From assembly GCA_021161905.1 (NCBI GenBank), contig JAGGZT010000004.1, forward strand, positions 73,884-137,883: DNA of 64,000 bases, in the 5' to 3' direction. Below are positions 45,959 through 54,916 of the stretch, one piece after another (the stretch's first letter is position 1; each line of letters begins with the position of its first letter). Source of the stretch: Acidobacteriota bacterium (GTDB lineage Bacteria > Acidobacteriota > B3-B38 > Guanabaribacteriales > JAGGZT01). The position numbers and the translations under genes are program-made. The notes under the pieces were generated by a model. That model worked only from the letters and a program-made list of their open reading frames with translations, had not been told where the DNA came from and searched no databases.

Positions 45959-48673
45959 ATGAAGGAAGAAAGGATAGTTTGTCCTCATTGTAAAACAGAG
46001 AATGTAGCCGACGCCAAATTCTGCAAGGAATGTGGTCTTCCCTTAAAGGGCGAAATAGATGAAGAAGCAGAAACCCTCCCCATAGGTAAGACCGAAAGAA
46101 AAAGGGCGAGGAAGAAAAAAGAGGAAGCAATCACAACAGAAGGGCTTGAATTAGGGAAGAGATATAAGATAATCCGGAAGATCGGCGAAGGAGGGATGGG
46201 TGCGGTCTATGAGGCGGAGGACAACATCCTCAATGTCAGGGTGGCACTAAAGGTGCTCCTCCCCCAACTTACCTCTGATGAAGAGGTCCGTGAGCGATTC
46301 AAGAGAGAGCTCTTGGTTACCCGAAACCTCTCTCATAAAAACATCGTCCGGGTATTCGACATCGGCGAGGGAACGCTTGGCGATGCTCCGGTACTTTACA
46401 TATCGATGGAACTTCTCAGAGGGACGACCCTTAAGCGGAAGATAGAGGATGAGGGAGCGCTCGAAATGAACCAGGCGATAAACATCATCAAACAGCTCTG
46501 TTCCGCTTTGGAAGAAGCTCATAAATCAGGGGTGGTGCATCGGGATGTAAAGCCTCAGAACATCTTCCTCGACGAGCGGAATCAGGTGAAGCTGGTGGAC
46601 TTCGGCATCGCTCGGGTTGGGGGAACAAAGCACCTCACCGCCACTGGATATACCTATGGTACCCCCGATTATATGGCACCAGAACAGGCGGACCCAAAAC
46701 AGGAGGTGGATTACAGAGCTGATCTCTACTCTTTGGGAGTGGTGATATACGAGATGTTTACCGGAGAACTCCCATTTAAGGGGGAGACCCCGCTAAAGGT
46801 GATTATGCAACACTTGAAAGAACCGCCACCTCCTCCCCGCTCGGTAAAGCCAGATCTCCCCATCTGGATAGAACGGATCATCTTAAAAGCAATGGAGAAA
46901 GAAAAGGAGAAACGGTATCAGAGCGCAATGGAGATAGTGAAGGACTTCCTTATCCAAAGGTTTCTCGAGGAGAGTAGAGAGAAAAGGTATAGAAGCGAGG
47001 CAGAGATAATCGAAGACTTGAGAAGCACCATAGTTGCTGAAGAAAAACCGGAGACAAAAGAAGAAAAAGAGAATGTAAAAAGACTGGAAAGAATGATGGA
47101 ACGGGAGCTCCGGGAGGAAGCGAAGTTCAAGGAGCTCATCCGGAGGGAGGAAAGAAAGGCAGCCTCCCTCCGTATTATGGTGTTCACCATCGCCCTCTTC
47201 GTTGCCCTTTCTGGGTTGGTACTTTATTACTTTATGGCGATAAGGGGGAAGAAGTCTCTCCCTCAGCCGGCTAAGATGGAGGCGGTCGCTTATTTTAAGC
47301 AACATGGGGTGATGCCCCTCTACTACGATGAGAACATTCCGGTCTCGGAGAAGGTGAGAAAGCTCAGAAAGAAGGCTGAGTTGGCAATAAAAGAGGGGAA
47401 GATTGTTGAGCCAGATAATGATTGTGCCCTTCGCTATCTAAACGATATCCTCTTCTACGAACCAACCGACCAATACGCCCAGGCCACAAAGGAAAAGCTT
47501 GCTGCCCACCTTCTGGTTCAGGGGGATGAGGCGCTGGCACAGGGGGAGAAGGAAAAAGCAAAAAAGAGTTATCTCTCCTATCTGGAGATATTCCCCAAAA
47601 ATAAAGAGGTTAAAAGTAGGCTGGCTTTACTTAATCCATCTCCAACCGAGGAAAAGCCTGAAAAAGCAACCTCTTCCCAACCATCTCTTTCCCCTTCCTC
47701 ACCGAAAAGCATCGAGGAACTCTTCACCGAGCTCGAAACCATTTTCAATAAAAGGGACTACTTCACCTCCCGAAGATTGGTAGAGGAGATACTCGCCAAG
47801 GACCCAGAAAATCCCATCGCTCTTGACTATTTAAAGAAGATAAACCAAGCGGAGGAGCGGTTGGTGAGGCTACGAGCGGAAGCCAAGAACCTTCTCGAAA
47901 GTGGTATCTACTATCAGGCGGAGAAAAAGGCTACCGAGATCCTAAAGGAGAACCCCGAAGATAACGAAGCAAGGCAGATACTTTCGGAAGCAAGAAGAAG
48001 GAGGGCAAGGATCCCCAAGGATATGGTACTGATACCCGCCTCCTCCTTCCTTATGGGTTCTCCCAGCCCTAGCGCTGGAGAAAAACCGATGAGGAAGGTC
48101 TATCTAAAATCTTTCCTCATAGACAAATATGAGGTTACCAACCAAAAGTACTTCCGGTTCATCTCAGCAACCGGGCACCGAATCCCCTTCGTTTACGCCA
48201 ATTGGGCACAACCTTACAACTGGCGAGGAGGACACTTCCCTGAAGGGAAAGAGAATTATCCGGTAGTACTGGTGAGCTATGCCGATGCCTTGGCATACGC
48301 CAACTGGGCGGGGAAAAGACTTCCTACTGAGGCAGAATGGGAAAAGGCGGCTCGCTATCTTGATGGACGGAATTATCCTTGGGGAAATATCTTCAAACCC
48401 GGCTATGCCAATTCAGCAGAGATGGGGATCAACGTTCCAGTAAGAGTAGGTAGTTTTCCTCAAGGGGTGAGCTTTTACGGTGTATTCGATATGGCGGGAA
48501 ATGTCTGGGAGTGGACCAGCGATTGGTTCTCCAATGGCCACTCATTCCGGGTGATAAAGGGAGGGTCCTTCCTCGAAGGTAAGGCAAAACTATTAACCTA
48601 TGCCCGGGAAGGAGAACGACCGAGCGCCATGCGGATAGATGTTGGATTTCGTTGTGTGAGGGATGTCAGGTAG
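45959..48673 (+). CDS. Ser/Thr protein kinase with N-terminal zinc ribbon, TM helix, TPR-like region and C-terminal FGE-sulfatase (SUMF1) domain
   Basis: Zinc ribbon CPHCKTEN...CKECG. Hanks kinase motifs (GEGGMGAVYEA, VALKVL, HRDVKPQNIFL, DFGIAR, GTPDYMAPE). TM LRIMVFTIALFVALSGLVLYYF. FGE domain (MVLIPASSFLMGS..., YRLPTEAEWEKAAR, WEWTSDWF). Confidence 0.85.
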   Translation: MKEERIVCPHCKTENVADAKFCKECGLPLKGEIDEEAETLPIGKTERKRARKKKEEAITTEGLELGKRYKIIRKIGEGGMGAVYEAEDNILNVRVALKVLLPQLTSDEEVRERFKRELLVTRNLSHKNIVRVFDIGEGTLGDAPVLYISMELLRGTTLKRKIEDEGALEMNQAINIIKQLCSALEEAHKSGVVHRDVKPQNIFLDERNQVKLVDFGIARVGGTKHLTATGYTYGTPDYMAPEQADPKQEVDYRADLYSLGVVIYEMFTGELPFKGETPLKVIMQHLKEPPPPPRSVKPDLPIWIERIILKAMEKEKEKRYQSAMEIVKDFLIQRFLEESREKRYRSEAEIIEDLRSTIVAEEKPETKEEKENVKRLERMMERELREEAKFKELIRREERKAASLRIMVFTIALFVALSGLVLYYFMAIRGKKSLPQPAKMEAVAYFKQHGVMPLYYDENIPVSEKVRKLRKKAELAIKEGKIVEPDNDCALRYLNDILFYEPTDQYAQATKEKLAAHLLVQGDEALAQGEKEKAKKSYLSYLEIFPKNKEVKSRLALLNPSPTEEKPEKATSSQPSLSPSSPKSIEELFTELETIFNKRDYFTSRRLVEEILAKDPENPIALDYLKKINQAEERLVRLRAEAKNLLESGIYYQAEKKATEILKENPEDNEARQILSEARRRRARIPKDMVLIPASSFLMGSPSPSAGEKPMRKVYLKSFLIDKYEVTNQKYFRFISATGHRIPFVYANWAQPYNWRGGHFPEGKENYPVVLVSYADALAYANWAGKRLPTEAEWEKAARYLDGRNYPWGNIFKPGYANSAEMGINVPVRVGSFPQGVSFYGVFDMAGNVWEWTSDWFSNGHSFRVIKGGSFLEGKAKLLTYAREGERPSAMRIDVGFRCVRDVR

Positions 48674-50585
48674 GGGTATTCTTGGTCACCGGGGTTCCAC
48701 AATAAGGGCAGACCACCCACTCTATATGGAGGGCTTTCCCACAATTTTCACACACATTTCCTAACGGTTCCCCACAGAAGGGGCAGGCTTCAAAGGAGGC
48801 ACTCACCGACCGCTTACAATTAGGACAGATGGTAACCAGGTCCTCTTTCTTTCCGACAACTCGGAATATTTCCTCGATAGTGGTTACTCCCTTCTTCACC
48901 TTTTCGATACCATCCTCAGTTAAGGTAACGAACCCTTCAGATAGAGCCACCTCCCTAATAGCGTGATCCGATGCCCCCGCATGGATTAGATCCCTTATCC
49001 TGGGAGAAATGGTGAGCATCTCGGCAATAGCGGTTCTCCCAAAATATCCGGTATTATTGCAAAACTCACACCCTTTCCCTCGATAGAACTTGAAATCGAT
49101 ATTCTTCTTATCCAGATTGAAGTTCTGCAGTATCTTCCTCGGCGGACGATATTCCGTTTTGCAATGGGGACAAACCTTCCGCACCAATCGCTGGGCAACC
49201 ACCCCGATCAAGGAGGAGGCGAGGAGAAAGGGGGGGACCCCTAAATTTATCATCCGCGAGATGGCGGAAACCGCATCATTGGTATGAAGGGTGCTGAATA
49301 CCAAGTGCCCGGTCAATGAAGCCTGAACAGCGATCTCCGCTGTTTCAGGGTCACGAATCTCCCCCACCATAATGATATTCGGGTCCTGTCGCAGGATGGA
49401 TCGAAGCACATAAGCAAAGGTAAGCCCTACCTTCTCGTTTATCTGAACCTGGTTAACCCCAGTGAGGTCATACTCAATGGGGTCCTCAACGGTGATGATA
49501 TTAACCGTTTCCGATTTGAGCTCATTTAGGCAGGCATAGAGGGTGGATGACTTTCCGGAACCGGTAGGACCAGTAACCAAAATCATCCCTTCCGCCCGCT
49601 CGATGAAGCTCCTCAATTTCTCCTCATTATAATCGGAGAAACCAAGGTTCTCCAGGTTGAGCATAGCCTCGCTCTGGTCAAGGATCCGAATGACCACCTT
49701 TTCGCCGTAATGGGTGGGAAGAGTAGATACTCGGAGATCAACCTCCTTCCTCCCCACCTTAGCCCTCACCTTTCCATCTTGGGGGAGCCTTTTTTCCGTT
49801 ATATTCATATTGGCTAATATCTTCACTCGCTGCACCAGGATCGCCTGGGACCACTTGGGGAGCTTGATCACATCCTGAAGAAAACCATCTATCCTGTGTC
49901 TTATCTGAACCGCCTCTCGTTGGGGTTCAATATGAATATCGCTCGCCCGCTTGTGGATGGCATCCTTTATTATGAGATCAACCATCTTGACAAACGGGGC
50001 TTGCTCCTCACGGATAGTCTCCTCTTCCTCTTCCTCCTTCTCCTCTTCGATCACCTCAATCCCAGCGCTATCAAGCATAATATCACCGGCGAAATCCTTT
50101 ATTGAATCTTCTATATGGTAAAATTTCTTTATTCCTTCGATAATCTCACTTGGGGTGGAGACCACTGGTTTTACCTCATAACCAGTGATGAACCTTATGT
50201 CATCGATGGCATTTAGATCGAGAGGATCAGCCATCGCCAAGGTAAGGGTCTTGTTCTCCACCTTTATCGGAAGACAGGTATACTTCTTGGCAAACTTCTC
50301 CGGCAAGAGCTCCACCGCCTCTGGCTCCACCGGGGTATTGTGAATATCAACTACCGGGATCTTCAACTGAAGGGCTAAGATGACCGCAATATCCTCCTCC
50401 GTCACAAACTTAAGATCGATTAACGCCTGGCCCAATCTCTTCTTGGTCTTTTGTTGGAGCTCCAAGCCAGTATTGAGCTGATCCACAGTGATAAGACCAG
50501 CTTCGAGAAGGAGATCACCCAACTTCTTCTTCGAGGTGATTACCTTCTTATCTCTCTCTTCTCGATCTATTTCTTCGTTAGCCAT
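48666..50585 (-). CDS. Type II secretion / type IV pilus assembly ATPase (GspE/PilB family) with a C-terminal triple zinc-ribbon extension
   Basis: T2SE_Nter/MSH-like N-terminus. Walker A VTGPTGSGKSST. Internal CPHC...C tetracysteine. About 60 extra C-terminal aa: CPNCKRS...CPFCGEPLGNVCENCGK...CPYCGT. Confidence 0.85.
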   Translation of the reverse strand: MANEEIDREERDKKVITSKKKLGDLLLEAGLITVDQLNTGLELQQKTKKRLGQALIDLKFVTEEDIAVILALQLKIPVVDIHNTPVEPEAVELLPEKFAKKYTCLPIKVENKTLTLAMADPLDLNAIDDIRFITGYEVKPVVSTPSEIIEGIKKFYHIEDSIKDFAGDIMLDSAGIEVIEEEKEEEEEETIREEQAPFVKMVDLIIKDAIHKRASDIHIEPQREAVQIRHRIDGFLQDVIKLPKWSQAILVQRVKILANMNITEKRLPQDGKVRAKVGRKEVDLRVSTLPTHYGEKVVIRILDQSEAMLNLENLGFSDYNEEKLRSFIERAEGMILVTGPTGSGKSSTLYACLNELKSETVNIITVEDPIEYDLTGVNQVQINEKVGLTFAYVLRSILRQDPNIIMVGEIRDPETAEIAVQASLTGHLVFSTLHTNDAVSAISRMINLGVPPFLLASSLIGVVAQRLVRKVCPHCKTEYRPPRKILQNFNLDKKNIDFKFYRGKGCEFCNNTGYFGRTAIAEMLTISPRIRDLIHAGASDHAIREVALSEGFVTLTEDGIEKVKKGVTTIEEIFRVVGKKEDLVTICPNCKRSVSASFEACPFCGEPLGNVCENCGKALHIEWVVCPYCGTPVTKNTPT

Positions 50586-50590
50586 TTTCC

Positions 50591-51034
50591 CTATTGATTC
50601 TTGTATAAACCATCCTGAAGGAAGATCCCATTGGAAAAAACAATGTCATCGATCGTGTTCGGTTTCCCATCTATTCCATCGGAGAAAATATAGTAGTTAA
50701 CTCCATCAAAGGAAAAATAACGAAGAGGCTTTCCAAAAGCATCCCTTATCGGCACCACCCTTAAATAATTCCCTTTCTCCAGCGCTTTCTTCAACTCCTC
50801 CATTCTATCGGTAATAGGGAAGAGACTCTGATCCGATTGGTAGAGAAGAAGAGCTTTAGCCAAATAGGATATGCTCGCCTCCGTCGTTCCTTCCCGTGCT
50901 TTATCCAACGCCTCTCGATAAAGCGGGATGGTTATTATAGCTAAGATGGAAATAATCGCCACACTGACCAATACCTCAATTAGGGTTGCTCCCCGCTCCC
51001 TTAATCGATGCTCGTTTTTCCTCATCTCTATCAT
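50591..51034 (-). CDS. Type IV pilin / pseudopilin-like protein (prepilin-type N-terminus)
   Basis: Leader MIEMRKNEHRLRERG, then ATLIEVLVSVAIISILAIITIP. The G-x-TLIE methylation motif and hydrophobic helix are present, but the residue after Gly is A instead of F/M. Confidence 0.7.
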   Translation of the reverse strand: MIEMRKNEHRLRERGATLIEVLVSVAIISILAIITIPLYREALDKAREGTTEASISYLAKALLLYQSDQSLFPITDRMEELKKALEKGNYLRVVPIRDAFGKPLRYFSFDGVNYYIFSDGIDGKPNTIDDIVFSNGIFLQDGLYKNQ

Positions 51035-51044
51035 CCACTCAGAA

Positions 51045-51662
51045 TCATTTCCCCACTGTGGAAAGTGTATCTATTATCCTCCCTGTCTTAGCAACTACGA
51101 TCTTAGCTCTTCTCCCTCCAAAACTTCCCGTCCAGCTTAGAAGATAACCCAATTCCCTGTCTTTTTTATAGCTTAACTCCTTACTTAATAAGAAAGAAAG
51201 CTTGAATTCAGGCAGATACTGGGGAATAAGCTCAGAGAGCTTATTGGGGTATTCTCCATTATTAAGCCGGCTGTAATTCTTGAGAGCCATATTTATAAAA
51301 TCAATATTTGTATTGATATATTGGCGATAATTCTCATTTAAACTTCTCTTTCTCTCAAGGTAAAGACGACTATAGAAAACACCCTCCGCCACCGCCAAAC
51401 CAAGCATAATGAACATCGCTATCCTTAACCGGGAAACTGTCTTCTTCTTTCCCTTCAGATAAAGTTCTCGTTCTCTTCTAAGCTTCTCTATCTTCTTCTC
51501 TTCCTTCTCAAAATTGACCAGCGACTCCTCAATGGCGCATCTAAAACAATAATACCGCCCCTTTACCTTCTTCATAACACAATCTTCACATAGAGGCTCT
51601 CCACATTTAAAGCAATGAGCAATTATCTCCTTCCCATGAATCGAACACTTAGCCATCTTCAC
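51045..51662 (-). CDS. B-box/zinc-ribbon N-terminal domain membrane protein of unknown function
   Basis: CSIHGKEIIAHCFKCGEPLCEDC...YYCFRCA zinc-binding module, coiled-coil, one TM (IAMFIMLGLAVAEGVFY), periplasmic C-terminus. Confidence 0.55.
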   Translation of the reverse strand: MKMAKCSIHGKEIIAHCFKCGEPLCEDCVMKKVKGRYYCFRCAIEESLVNFEKEEKKIEKLRRERELYLKGKKKTVSRLRIAMFIMLGLAVAEGVFYSRLYLERKRSLNENYRQYINTNIDFINMALKNYSRLNNGEYPNKLSELIPQYLPEFKLSFLLSKELSYKKDRELGYLLSWTGSFGGRRAKIVVAKTGRIIDTLSTVGK

Positions 51663-51815
51663 TCATCCACTACAGAAAATCCCCCTCTTTCCAAATACTT
51701 AAGCTTTTTCTTTTCTAATATCATAAGATAACTGAAATGTCAACCGGAAATCTAAAAAGGCCTTTCCCTTCAATAAAGGGCATTTTTCTCATTTCTATGC
51801 TATAATAACTTATCC

Positions 51816-52538
51816 TTGAGGGAGGGGTTTTATTTTAAAGAGATCGAGAGGAAAATGAAGCTCTATAAGATAGCCAATGCCTTGACCTTGAGTAGGATCT
51901 TAATCCTCCCTCTGTTTCTCATTTTCCTTATGAATTCCTCTCTCAATTCTCACTATCGCTTGATCTCTTACCTCCTGTTCATCTACTTCTTCCTAAGCGA
52001 TCTGGTGGATGGCTATCTGGTGAGAAAGGGCGGGGAGAGGAATTATGTAGGACAGTTCATCGACCCTCTGGCAGACAAGGTCTTTCTCGGGGTGAGCTAT
52101 ATTGTGCTCACTACCCATTGGGGGCGTCCTCCGGGCATAATCGTCCTCATCATCGCTGGAAGGTATATAATACTTGGCTTCCTATGGTTCACCGCTTTCT
52201 TCGTATCGGAGAGAAGCTTCTTCGAGTTCCTTCGGATGGAAAATGTACTTACTACCCCTACTCTATTGGGGAAAGCAACCACCTGGGGCGAGGTCATCCT
52301 CTTGGGAAGTATAGTATTCAATCTCCCCTCTTTCATCAGGGTCCCCTTCTATTTCCTCGTTCCCACCTTCTCCATCATTACCGGGGGGAATTACCTCTAT
52401 CTCGCCTTAGATCGAATAAAAAACTATCAATCCGCCAGCACCGAAGAGGAGCGAGAAGCCCTCAAACGGATGAACGATTTTCTAAGACGATGGGGAATAT
52501 TTAAGGAGAAGACGGGATCCTCTCCTCTAAGGGAATAA
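51816..52538 (+). CDS. CDP-alcohol phosphatidyltransferase family protein
   Basis: DLVDGYLVRKGG...GQFIDPLADKV matches D-G-x2-A-R-x8-G-x3-D-x3-D. Start may be the internal MKLYKIANAL at 51855. Confidence 0.75.
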   Translation: MREGFYFKEIERKMKLYKIANALTLSRILILPLFLIFLMNSSLNSHYRLISYLLFIYFFLSDLVDGYLVRKGGERNYVGQFIDPLADKVFLGVSYIVLTTHWGRPPGIIVLIIAGRYIILGFLWFTAFFVSERSFFEFLRMENVLTTPTLLGKATTWGEVILLGSIVFNLPSFIRVPFYFLVPTFSIITGGNYLYLALDRIKNYQSASTEEEREALKRMNDFLRRWGIFKEKTGSSPLRE

Positions 52539-52563
52539 ATCATCTCTCTGAGAAACCTTTTTC

Positions 52564-54801
52564 TCATTTGCGCCAGAGATAAGAGAATTTAAAGAAGAAC
52601 CGACGTGCAAGCTCGGCGAAACCGGTTCCAGGGTAATCCGGGCTGTTTTCGTATCTCCCTCCATATCCTATAAAAAACACCGTACCCGGCACATAAGTGT
52701 AGCTCAAGAGAAGATCGGTGGTCACTCGGTTATAGTAAGTGTTATATTCAATGATGCCCCGGAGGAAAAGTTTCTTGGTGAACTGGTAAACCGTTTTCGA
52801 TCGCCAGATATTTACATCGTAAACCGTCTCCCCACCTATGGAACGATAGAAGGTATATCTGGTGAATCTAAGCTCCTCTTGGATTAGTGGTGAGGGGCGA
52901 AAATTGAGCGACCCACTTATTCGTCTCGAATGCCCGAGATAGGGGTTCTCCTCATCGTAGTTTATCCCCATCCCCGCTGAATAGGAAAAAAATCCAGTGA
53001 GATATGTGGTAGGCTGGGAGGAAACGATTATCGAATAAAGGGAACCCTCAAAATCGATGCCAGCATACCGCTCCATTCGGTAGATATAACGGAGGGAGAG
53101 AGCTGTCTGCCTGCTTAGCTCAAAACTTAACCCCAACCGTTTGTTCTCCTCAACATCGATCCCGCTATGATCATAATAGCGATCCACATAGATCTCAGGC
53201 CTCACCGTGAGCAGCCAAGGACGATTGGGATAAAATTTATAATGCAAATAACCAGCTAACTGCCTGATATCCGTGCGCCTGATGAAACCCGCTTCAGCGT
53301 TAAAGTTGGGGTAGATATCGAGGTAATCGAACTCGGTATAGAGATGCCGTCCGCTCCGAGCAAAGGCGAAGGTGAACGCTGGATCGGAGGAATCCTCTCC
53401 ATCAAGGTTTCGGCTATGACTACCAAGTTCCTGAAAGAAAAGGAGATACTTCTTACCTAAGAAAAGTTTGCCATCGACTCCGAACACCCGGTTATGGGAA
53501 CCGGCGAACTCGCGATCGGTCAGGATCGCTCCTATCTCGGAATTCCTTAATATATCCCGTTTTATCCTGATTATGTTAAATAGAGCCTTCTCCCCCAGGT
53601 ATTCGTTCTCCTCCCCACTCACTTTCTCCCCAGGTCCCTCATCAAGAGCGCTGATAAAACCGATGGTAGTCTTACCTATCTTCCCGGTGAGTTTCGCTCC
53701 ATATAATGGATCGAGTATCCTCCTCGTATAAACCACCTCGATCGGGGTGGTAAAGATATCCTTCCCTTCGAGAAAGAAGGGTCTTTTCTCCTCAAAATAA
53801 AGAGCATAGCGGAGATTAACATCCACTTGGCCCGCATCCGCCTCCACCTGGCTAAAATCCGGGTTAAGGGTAAGATCGAGGGTCAGGTTGGAGCTGATTC
53901 CATACTTCACCCCAATACCAAAATCAGGCTTAACCTTGCCATTTATAAACCTCCCCTCATCCTCATTGAAGTTTCCTGCCTGAGAGGTGGTGATGAAGGG
54001 AAGAAATTCCAGGGTCCGTTTGTAACCCACCCCAGAAAAGCCGACGAGTTCTCCTAATTGATCGAGAATGCTCGCCCTATTGATGGAGATAGGAGGCCAA
54101 CTCGCTTGCTCGCTTTTCCGCTGGATGGTTCGGGCGACGGCAAAACCGATGTTCTTGAACTTGGGAGGGAAACGAAGGCTTCTAAACGGTATAGCCACCT
54201 CTACTGTATAACCTTTTTCATCCACCTTCCCATCCGAGTAAAACACGGTATCAAAGCTCATATCATCGTTGCCCTCGGCTTTAATCAAACCATCGCCCTG
54301 AATACCGTAAGGGTTTATCAAAAAGATATAACCTCTTCTCTTGGCATTAAAGGTGTCAAGAACAATCACCACAAAGTCGTCGGTGAAGATCTTATCCCGG
54401 GGGCAGTAATGGGCGGTTATCTTATCAGGACTGGTATCAAAACAGCGGAAGGCGAAATACAGATTATCGGAATCATAGGCGACATAGGCGACTGTCCTCT
54501 CCGAAGCGGGAACACCATCAACCGGCTTGAACTTATAGAATCCGGTTACTTTAGCTGCCTTTGCCCAGGCCGGATCATCAAGCACCCCATCGATCTTTGG
54601 GGGCTCTTTGATCCTGGGAACAACTACAATTTTCGATAACTCATTATTAGATCCTCCACCTAAAAGAGAAGAAGAAATTAAAAAGGAAAATAGAATAGCC
54701 AAAAAGAAAATATTGCTCACGGATCTTTCGTTAAACATTTGCCATATCTCTCCTTTCTCCATTAAATCCATCTTACACCACATAGATAAACGAATCCCCA
54801 T
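52564..54801 (-). CDS. Large outer-membrane protein with N-terminal CBM9-like/DOMON-like domain (DUF5916-type)
   Basis: Signal sequence. KIDGVLDDPAWAKAAKVTGFYKFKPVDG...DSDNLYFAFRCFD resembles CBM family 9-like modules. A long beta-rich body ends ...FFFKFSYLWRK, an OMP-like C-terminus. Confidence 0.5.
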   Translation of the reverse strand: MGIRLSMWCKMDLMEKGEIWQMFNERSVSNIFFLAILFSFLISSSLLGGGSNNELSKIVVVPRIKEPPKIDGVLDDPAWAKAAKVTGFYKFKPVDGVPASERTVAYVAYDSDNLYFAFRCFDTSPDKITAHYCPRDKIFTDDFVVIVLDTFNAKRRGYIFLINPYGIQGDGLIKAEGNDDMSFDTVFYSDGKVDEKGYTVEVAIPFRSLRFPPKFKNIGFAVARTIQRKSEQASWPPISINRASILDQLGELVGFSGVGYKRTLEFLPFITTSQAGNFNEDEGRFINGKVKPDFGIGVKYGISSNLTLDLTLNPDFSQVEADAGQVDVNLRYALYFEEKRPFFLEGKDIFTTPIEVVYTRRILDPLYGAKLTGKIGKTTIGFISALDEGPGEKVSGEENEYLGEKALFNIIRIKRDILRNSEIGAILTDREFAGSHNRVFGVDGKLFLGKKYLLFFQELGSHSRNLDGEDSSDPAFTFAFARSGRHLYTEFDYLDIYPNFNAEAGFIRRTDIRQLAGYLHYKFYPNRPWLLTVRPEIYVDRYYDHSGIDVEENKRLGLSFELSRQTALSLRYIYRMERYAGIDFEGSLYSIIVSSQPTTYLTGFFSYSAGMGINYDEENPYLGHSRRISGSLNFRPSPLIQEELRFTRYTFYRSIGGETVYDVNIWRSKTVYQFTKKLFLRGIIEYNTYYNRVTTDLLLSYTYVPGTVFFIGYGGRYENSPDYPGTGFAELARRFFFKFSYLWRK

Positions 54802-54916
54802 CCAATAAGGTTTACTTTAATAGTACAAAGGGGGATTTGAGATAGGGTGAAAGGATATGAAAATAAACTACTTTTTCTCGAAGGAGCTCCGAATGAAAAG
54901 CGGAGGTTTCCTCATC

